A stretch of 64,000 bases of DNA from Octopus vulgaris. Taxonomy: Eukaryota. This document shows positions 54,540-64,000 of the stretch, piece by piece. The stretch spans positions 16,678,001 through 16,742,000 of the forward strand of contig OX597833.1 of the NCBI GenBank assembly GCA_951406725.2. Reading direction: 5' to 3'. A program made the translations under genes and the position numbers. The stretch's first letter is position 1. Each line of letters starts with the position of its first letter. Below the pieces are notes generated by a model. That model was not told the DNA's origin. It saw only the letters and a list, made by a program, of their open reading frames with translations, and made no database searches.

Positions 54540-54822
54540 ACATGAGAAGGCCTAACAGACCTGGTAGAAACAGCAGCCAAATCTCCCTCAAATCACACCT
54601 TACTGTCTTATGTATGTATATATATATGAGCCAATGAGGGGGACCTCTACATGGTAGCTAGACCTGGTAGAAATAGCAGCCAAATTTCCACCAAATCACA
54701 CCTTACTGTCTTATCTATATATATATGTATGTATGAGCCTATGAGGGAGACCCCTACATGGCAGCTAGACATGGTAGAAATAGCAGCCAAATCTCCCTCA
54801 AATCACACCTTACTGTCTTATC
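54540..54822 (+). repeat. Three tandem ~105-bp units
   Basis: AGAC(C/A)TGGTAGAAA(T/C)AGCAGCCAAAT...AAATCACACCTTACTGTCTTAT x3. Confidence 0.9.
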
Positions 54823-55315
54823 TTTCTGCTACTTGGATATAGGTCTTATATCCGTCGTAAAAAACTTTCCTGTCACACACTCACGCACACGCACACACAC
54901 ACACACACACACACACGCACCCTCACACACACACACACACACACACACGCACGTTAGCTTACAATTTTATTTATATATTTGCGTGTCTATGTGTGGAAAG
55001 AGGAAGTGGGAGGCAGAGTGAAAGAATCACTCACTACAGTAAGTGAATTACTTTCATTTTATTCGTTGCCCACTGTGTGTGTGCGTTTGCGTGTGGTGTA
55101 AACCAGACTAAGAAAAGCATTTGACACACACACCAGAATGTGAGTTTTCTGTAAATTTTGCTTAATTGGAGTTTAAATTTTAAAAACTGGACCTGGCATG
55201 ACGCGATGCATTGTACTCTTAAAAATGCTAGGTAAATTGTAATTGAAGAAATCCTATATTGTAGATTTGTATAACTCCCAAAGGGAGGCAGATAAAATCT
55301 GCCTTTTATAATAAG

Positions 55316-55346
<31 letters not shown>

Positions 55347-55402
55347 AGTGTATGTTTGTGTGTATTTATGTGTGTATAATTGTATGCATACTTATATATA
55401 TA

Positions 55403-55614
55403 ATCGCCATGTTGATTCGCTAGCCTCTACACGCATTTTTTTTTGTCTCCTTGTTTTTTTCTGTGTTTCTTTTCTGTGTATCTTTCTGTTGAAGAGCGTA
55501 GGATCGAAACGTAAAAGACTTGTTTTATTTATATTCCTGAGCGCCATACTAATACAATTGTTTGTTTGTATTCCACCTGCCTTCGTCTTTTGTTTATTTT
55601 CATAAAGCTTCCCG

Positions 55615-55617
<3 letters not shown>
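55403..55617 (+). mobile_element. Family A hammerhead-bearing element; motif at 55481-55518
   Basis: tcttt-CTGTTGA-a-gagc-gtag-gatc-GAAAC-GTA-aaaga; (TA)n on both sides. Confidence 0.8.
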
Positions 55618-55660
<43 letters not shown>

Positions 55661-55663
55661 TCA

Positions 55664-55709
<46 letters not shown>

Positions 55710-57289
55710 TATACATATATATAAATAGGAAAGTCTTGTGCTAGAAAGAGCAGTAGAAAACTCAAAACCACCAAATAAAGATAAATTTTCGAAAGGAATG
55801 AGAATTAAAAAGGTTTCTAGCACAAGGCTTTCCTATTTGAAAGCCTCTTATTATATTTCCATTTGAATAATATATAGTCTAATGACTAATTCGTTTTTGT
55901 GCTAGGCCACTGGTAATAATAATTTCTTATAACCCTATTGTTATTTATTATATATATATAGACACATAAGTATATATACATGCGCACAAACATACTCACA
56001 CACAGACATACATATGTACTTTTATTGAGTGATGTATGCTCTCCACAACATCAGTTTGTCATGATATCTTCGTAAAGTAAATGAAATGTGTTTATCCTTT
56101 TAAGCGAATAACACCAAATAGATTAATGTAAGATGTACAATACATGGTTTGGAATTAAGAGGCATTTATTATAAGATTAGCAAAATAGGATGTTGTGATG
56201 TTCATGAATTTTTTTCCAATCTCATTTGAAGTGAAGCTATTAGTGCCATGTGCCTGTGTGTTCTTTACTCTAGAAACAGCCAGGTAATATTTAAGAAATG
56301 TTGAATTTGCAGCTTTTATGATATAAAAACCAAACAATGGCAGTTTAAGCTGCTTCGCTCAACAGTCACATTTTGTCTGCCTGGATTTCAATTGTTCTTG
56401 TTAGTGTAGTACTTTTAGTACGTCTAATAGTGCAACAGAAAGCTCTGTTCGTGCTGCTGCTACAATGCCCAGGCTACGAAAGCACCGTGCTTTGATTTTG
56501 ACTCGTACAGGTGTAATGTTGACTGACATAAGGAAAATGGCGAGCGACGAGCTAAATTAATATGCATATATAAATTCTGTTGCATCAAATAATGAATGCA
56601 TCTACCTTCGTCTACTGTTTATTTCTCTCTCAGTCACTTTACCAACATACGCGCTCTCGCACAGATGCATATATTAACAGAGGGAGAGAAGAAAGGGGCA
56701 GGAAGAAAGGGAGAAACAGAGGGGGGGGCAGAAAGAAATAGAGAGAGAGCGGGAAATAAAGGAATGCAGATTCCCGGGAAAACTGTCGGATTTCGTTTGT
56801 TGTTTATAATTCTGTTTGCATAAAAACATTTTAAACAAACACACAGACACAAACAATATAAACAACGGTTTCAAATTTTGACACAAATCCAGCAATTTTT
56901 AAAGAGAAAGGTAGCAAGTCGATTCTGTTGATCTCCTACCTGTCTAGGACTTTATTTTATCGACTTGCACCCTTCAAAGGATGAGAAGCAAAGTTGGGAT
57001 CAGCAGGATTCGAGCTAAGGACGTAAAGAGCCAGAAGGAATGTCGCGGTTTTGTCCGATATTCTTACGATTCTGCCAAATTACTGCCTGGGTCAGTGGGT
57101 CCCAAACTGGAGCCCGCGTATTGCTGGTGGTCCGTGAGGGTGGTATTGTGGGGTCTGTGAGCTAAATTCAAAATTTCACAGGAGTAGCTGTGTGCTAAGT
57201 AGCTTGCTTACCAACCATATGGTTCCAGGTTCAATCCTCTCCCCAGACACAACAAAAAAAAATGGCCATCTCAAAATATAGCAATATAA

Positions 57290-57354
<65 letters not shown>

Positions 57355-58172
57355 TGGTGACTCCGGCATTCGGGCTGTTCGGGCTTAGCCAGAGTATAAA
57401 TTTAGTAAATTGAACGTGAATTTGCAAGCTGATTTAATTTCTGCCAATAATGACTTCAAGTATGTAATTTCAGCCAATAACTCGGGCTCTATTTATTGAG
57501 CCGGTCGCAGTTCATTTACTTTCGTTCAACGTCTGGCGGTCGTCTTAGAGATGCCCTCTGTCAAAGAATATCATTCGTACCAGACGTTCTCTCGATATCG
57601 TTCACACGCACCTGACTCGGGTTTAAATGTTACAGCCCGAGTTGTTATCTGTAATCGTAAAAATTAAAAGTAATTGAAATTCAATTTTTTCTTAAAACAA
57701 TAAATTTCTATATAGATTAGGATTTAAATTCCAATCTACGAAAAGTTTCCTTTCTACAATATTCTTAAAGGAACGAAAAATTATCCAACAACTCGGGTTA
57801 ATACGAACGAGCCTGGTAGGTGTAAAGGATTAACTGGTATCTCTTGTCAATTGTCAAGAGTACAGGCAACAGTCAAATCGCTGATGTTAGCTGTGCACTC
57901 TGCTGTCGTTATTTGATTGTTGTTATTCTGTGCGTCGTGTTTAGCAGGGTTGCTTTATTTTAACCCTTAACTTAGAAATGGAGAAAGACATAGTGTTAGA
58001 TATAAAAAAAATAAGCCATTTGAGGTTAGAAATATTGCAGAAAAACGTGAAATTCTTCGAGCAGGCATATGTCACATGTGAAATTTGTGATGAGCTTGAG
58101 TGACGCTGATGATCTGGTGTTGCCTCTGATATACATATAATCAAAATAAGCAACAAGGATAGCCAGAGGTAA

Positions 58173-58264
58173 TGCTGTATGATCGTTTCATGCGACTCCA
58201 TTTAATTGAACATTGCAATCATTTCATTACATCAGTTTAAAATGTAGAGCAATCTTCAGCTGCA
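58173..58264 (-). ncRNA. Hammerhead-like motif, homologue of 50391-50479
   Basis: tgcag-CTGAAGA-ttgc...gcat-GAAAC-gatc-ATA-cagca. Confidence 0.6.
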
Positions 58265-58497
58265 CAAAGACATAGAATTTAATTAAATTAGGACACATTA
58301 GTATAATTTTACCTAAAATCTCCAAGAATATAAAGAGATAGACAAAGAAAATGTTTTACCAACAACATCATAGATGTAACTGAATTTTTTTCTCAAGAAG
58401 ACATTGCCTGTCACTGATTTTTCTGTTATTTAGTTTTATTACGGGGTGGGGTGTCATTTTTCATTTATAGACTAGTTTATCATAAAAATTGCATTAC

Positions 58498-58649
58498 ATA
58501 CATATAAGAGGGATGGCCACTAAGTGGACATCCATATGCTAGAAGTCGATCCCCTATGTTCTTACCACTATAAGAACATTCCTTTCTTAGTGGTAAGACC
58601 ATAGGAGGTCGACTTCTAGCATATGGATGTCCACTTAGTGGTCATCCCC

Positions 58650-58660
<11 letters not shown>
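58498..58660. repeat. Inverted repeat (~75-bp arms)
   Basis: CCACTAAGTGGACATCCATATGCTAGAAGTCGA / TCGACTTCTAGCATATGGATGTCCACTTAGTGG. Confidence 0.9.
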
Positions 58661-58717
<57 letters not shown>

Positions 58718-58924
58718 TGCACGTAGGCACACACACAAATACATGCACATCTGTGTGTGTGTGTGTATTTGTGTGTCTGTCTTTGTGAATGTGTGGTGTA
58801 ATAAGCAAAATGGTTTATAATGGAAGAGGATGAAATACAGTTAGACGGAAAAATGAAATCGAAAAAAAAAAAGAAGTAACAAAACGTATACGAAATGAAT
58901 ATTAAGCTTAGCCTCTTCCAAGAA

Positions 58925-58986
<62 letters not shown>

Positions 58987-59324
58987 TCGCTGCCTTGTGT
59001 AATTAAACCTCCCTCGCTGTTTCAGACTATAATCCGAAACCCTTCAATAGAGCCAATAGTTGTCTATGGCTTGGAAACGTGAACTCTGGAGCGGAAACTG
59101 GCAGCGTGCCGACACAAAATGGAAAGATCAGCTCTGGGCATAACATATCACGGCAGAAAGACAAACAAATGAATCTGGAAACGGATGAAGGCAGACAATA
59201 TTCTTACCATTGTAGAAAAGGAGAATACATGTCTGTTAGTTGTTTGCTGTGTGCTTTACAGGGATGTTGCATTAAATACACTTCATCTATTCCTATATAT
59301 ATTTATCTATTTCCTTTTCTTTTG

Positions 59325-59831
<507 letters not shown>

Positions 59832-60021
59832 GGTGGTGAGCTGGCAGAATCGTTAGCACGCCAGGTGAAATGCTTAGCGTCATTTCGTTCGTCTTTACGT
59901 TCTGAGTTCAAATTCATCCTTTCGCGATCGATAAATTAGGTACCAGTGAAATAATGGGGTCGACGTAATCGCCTAGTCCTCTCCCCTCCAAGTTTTAGGC
60001 CTTGCGCCTTTAGTAGAAAGG

Positions 60022-60116
<95 letters not shown>

Positions 60117-60667
60117 TAAGGTAGCGAGATGACAGAATCGTTAGCTCGCCGGAAGATATGCTTTACAGCATTTCATCCGTCTTTACGTTCTGAGTTCAAA
60201 TTCCGCTGAGGTCGACTTTGCCTTTTATCCTTTCGGGATCGATAAAATAAGTACCAGCTGAGTACTGGGGTCGATGTAATCGACTATCCCTCTCTACCAA
60301 ACTCCAGGCCTTGTGCCTTTAGTGGAGAGGTTTATTACTATTATTATTATTGTTATTATTATTATTATTATCATTATTATTATTATCATTATTATTATTA
60401 TTATTATTATTACTGAGGTGGCGATATGGCAAAATGGTTACAACGCCGGGCAATATGGTTAGTAATATTTCTTTCGTCCTTATATTTTGAGTTCAAGTCT
60501 TTATCGTTTCGGGGGCAATAAAATAAATACTTGTTGAAATTTGAACGCAGAACGTAAAAAGTGACGACAAGCATTTTGTCCGAAGCGCTAATGATTCTGC
60601 CAGCCCATCGATTTGAACTTATAATGCACCTACGTATAAATATAAATATACATATAAAGACAGGTTA

Positions 60668-61173
60668 TATTCTTCTTTACTCTAGGTACAAGGCCCGAAA
60701 TTTTTGGGGAGGGGGCCAGTCGATTAGATCGACCCCGAAAGACAAAAGGCAAAATCGACTTCGGCGAATTTGAACTCAGAACGTAACGGCAGATGAAATA
60801 CCTATTTCTTTACTACCCACAAGGGGCTAAACATAGAGGGGGCAAACAAGGACAGACACACGGATTAAGTCGATTATATCGACCCCTGTGCGTAACTGGT
60901 ACTTATTTAATCGACCCCGAAAGGATGAAAGGCAAAGTCGACCTCGGCGGTATTTGAACTCAGAACGTAGCGGCAGACGAAATACCGCTAAGCATTTCGC
61001 CCGGCATGCTAACGTTTCTTATTTCTTTATTGCTCACAAGGGGCTACACACAGAGGGGAACAAATAAGGACAGACAAACGGATTGAGTCGATTATATCGA
61101 CCCCAGTGTGTAACCGGTACTTATTTAATCGACCCCGAAAGGATGAAAGGCAAAGTCGACCTCGGCGGAATTT
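60668..61173 (-). mobile_element. Meta-like SINE multimer
   Basis: Same units and junctions as the other arrays. Confidence 0.85.
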
Positions 61174-62978
61174 GCAAAGGATGGTCAATTCATGGCCAAA
61201 CGAATAACTGAACTCTCAAATCATTTTAACATATCAAGTGTACGATAGATTGTGACGTGTTCGAAATAATATAATAATGGTTTCAAATTTTGGCACAAGG
61301 CCAGCAAATTTAATGGGGGAGGGGGATAGTCGATTAGATCGATCCTAATACTCAGCTGGTATCTGTTTTATTGCTCCCGAAAGGATGAGAGGTAAAGTTG
61401 GCCTCGGTGGAATTTGAACTCAGAATGTAAAGACGGACGAAATGCCGCTATGCGTTTTTACTGGCGTGCTGGCAATTCTGCCTGCTCGCCGCCTTCGAAA
61501 TAATATAAGTACTGGAAATAAACCTTTCTAACTAGGATTTGAAATAGCAGTGAATTACTCAACTGGAATATGGCTGAATAATTTAGAAAGGACTTTTGTG
61601 TGGAATGAGACAAATGGGCGCAGCCGTTTTGGCGCTGGAGATTCTGCATGGTTGGCTGGACATTCACCTTGTTTTGGTGTTAGTACTTTGTAACACTGGA
61701 GGCAAACACATGCGTACGAGTAGAAATATGTACATACAAAGAGTGAGAGGGCGGAGAGTTGAGAGGAAGAAGGAGAGAGAGAGGAGCTGAGACGGTGAGA
61801 GTGTGGTTATGAGAGGGAGAGAGAGAGAGAGAGAGAGAGAAAGCGAGATACATTACCAGCTATAAATTGAATATGACTGACATAAGCACAGTCCTTCTCA
61901 TATGCATAAACAATAATATTCTCACTAACATAGAGAGAAGAGAGGAAGAAAAAGAGAGGGAGAGAAAAAGATAGGGAGAAAGCGAGAAACATTAAAACGT
62001 CTGATGTCAAATCCATCAACGTTGAATCAGCGACGCCAAATTGGCGGTGCCAAAACTGCCGTGCCAAAACGTCTCTCACCTAAGCTTGACATTCGGAACA
62101 TTACTAACTGCTCGCAATGGCTAAAATAAAACATAGGTAAGTCTCTTGATCTAGGTTACTCCTGCTAATTCAGGATAAAATGTTTGTTCTAAGGGGAAAA
62201 TATTTGCTAGATTTTATATATTTTTATGAAATCTAATGCAGTCAATACGTTGTTTATCAAATAAAGAATAATTAGAATCGTAGTAAATTTTTTAAAAAAA
62301 CATATTCCAGAAGATTTCAAAGCTCAGCAAGCAAACAAATTAATGTAGTTTTAGCAAAACAAAATAAAAGAATGAATAAATTCTTCGCCAAAAATCGCTC
62401 TAGAAGATACGCCATCATGAGAAAAAAAAAAAAAAAAAACTTAAAAAACCAACATGTCAAAATCCTGAAAACCTATTGAAAGTTGATATGAAGAAATAGC
62501 ATTTTTAATAAGCAAATGTGAGAATGTCCTCGAGGCACAACTATATAATCTGGAATAACACCAGTAATGAGAAAGCAAAATAAAACGAATACATCACAGC
62601 TGCATGTTCAATGGAATAACCGCAGCGAAATTATGCACAACCGGTCCGATATTGCTACGGAAGTAAACTGCTCTCTTGACATGCAAGTAGTTAGGGTATA
62701 CAGGAGAAAGAAAACATTGACGGATCCAATATGAAAAGTTTGCATATCCAGTATCAAAGATACACTTTTGCTAAATCAAAATGTTATGTACCAACCGTTT
62801 TAGTTCAAATGATGTTTCACAAAGAATGTAACTGTATAATTTATAAGGGAGACAAATCGTCATATAAACCATGGTAACGAGGGTTTTAGTATTTCAATTT
62901 TCTTTCCAGTCTTGCCTCAGGGCAGGTAGCTAGTTAAAAGAAATATGCCTAAAATGTCCAACCATATTTGTACACACA

Positions 62979-63018
<40 letters not shown>

Positions 63019-63069
63019 AATACATGCATACATCGAAACTAACTATGATTTAACTTTTCCTCTCACACT

Positions 63070-63124
63070 GTCTCCGATGAAAGGATATTATTATTAATTA
63101 ATATTCTAGAAACAGCTGTAAGAC
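63070..63124 (+). ncRNA. Type I hammerhead-like motif (U4C variant)
   Basis: gtct-CCGATGA-a-aggatatt..aatattct-a-GAAAC-agct-GTA-agac; palindromic stem III ACAGCTGT. Confidence 0.7.
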
Positions 63125-63488
63125 CTTCTATCTATAAATGCTCTAATATCTATACAGCCATGGTTTTTTTTATCTCATTACACAAAAAATTTATAAATAC
63201 ATACATTCATATCTTTTACTTGTTTCAGTCATTTGACTGTGACCATGCTGGAGCACCACCTTTAGTCGAACAAATCTACCCCAGGACTTATTTTTTGTAA
63301 GCCTAGTACTTATTCTTTCGGTCTCTTTTGCCAAACCGCTAAGTTACGGGGATGTAAACACACCAGCATCTGTTGTCAAGCGATGTTGGGGGAACAAACA
63401 CAGACACACGAACATATACACACACATGAACACACACACAGACGCACACACACACACACACATACACATACAAATATATATGTATATA

Positions 63489-64000
63489 CACAGACATAAA
63501 GGAAGTAAATAGACGCCTTTAATTTTCAAAATTTCTGATCTAAGCGTCTTAATATGTTTTCAGCAGTGTAGAATTTACAATGTAATTATTCTTTTTCATT
63601 CCAGGTGCCATTATATTAAGCATTTGCGAAGAGTAACCATACCACGCACAAAATATTCAGCAGAATTGTCAGATTTTCGAAGAGGTCGTATTGTTGGGTA
63701 ATCTGAGGCCGGTCATAGCCAGCGAAAAATTACCGAAAATCTTCAAATTCATCTTGCTACTGTTAATAAAATTATAGTGCAATTTAAAAGCCAAGGAAAA
63801 GAATCAACAGATTCTCGTCCCAGCCGACCTGGGCCCCCGGAATGGAAGCTTCGGTGTTTGAAGAGAATTGTGGAAAACGAACCCCGTTGGAAGGCTTCTG
63901 ACATTGCAAAACAGCTAGAAGTTAGTCCAAGAACGTGTGTTACATATCTGCATAAGCTTGGGTATTATGGACAAGCGGCTAGAAAAAAACCTCTCCTTCA
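63489..64000 (+). pseudogene. Tc1-like transposon 5' part with defective transposase (runs off the window)
   Basis: From 63639: (I)PRTKYSAELSDFRRGRIVG*SEAGHSQRKI...YLHKLGYYGQAARKKPLL; start codon is ATA, in-frame TAA at 63699. Confidence 0.85.

Overview
AT-rich, repeat-saturated eukaryotic DNA with no intact protein-coding gene that I can recognise. The repeat families (CORE-, V- and Meta-like tRNA-derived SINEs, dense (TA)n/(CA)n/(TACA)n/(TAA)n tracts) suggest an octopus or other coleoid cephalopod genome; this is an inference, not a database match. Almost all ORFs in the track are microsatellite or SINE artefacts. Real coding remnants are decayed transposons: mariner x4, Tc1, HERO/NeSL-like, R4/Dong-like x2, RTE-like, and one Penelope-like element (PLE). 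There are also Helitron-like elements and MITEs with 8-bp target-site duplications (TSDs). The main signal the ORF track misses is about 14 type-I hammerhead-ribozyme-like motifs from several unrelated short elements. Most sit in or beside (TA)n tracts and have palindromic stem III. Several have variant cores (CUGUUGA/CUGUAGA in four copies, CCGAUGA, CUGAUGC, and a G3-C8 swapped GUGAACA). One ends a decayed PLE, one family forms a fold-back centred on the predicted cleavage site, and one copy is joined to a 187-bp copy of nearby DNA. All coordinates and folds were read by eye; nothing was computed or searched.
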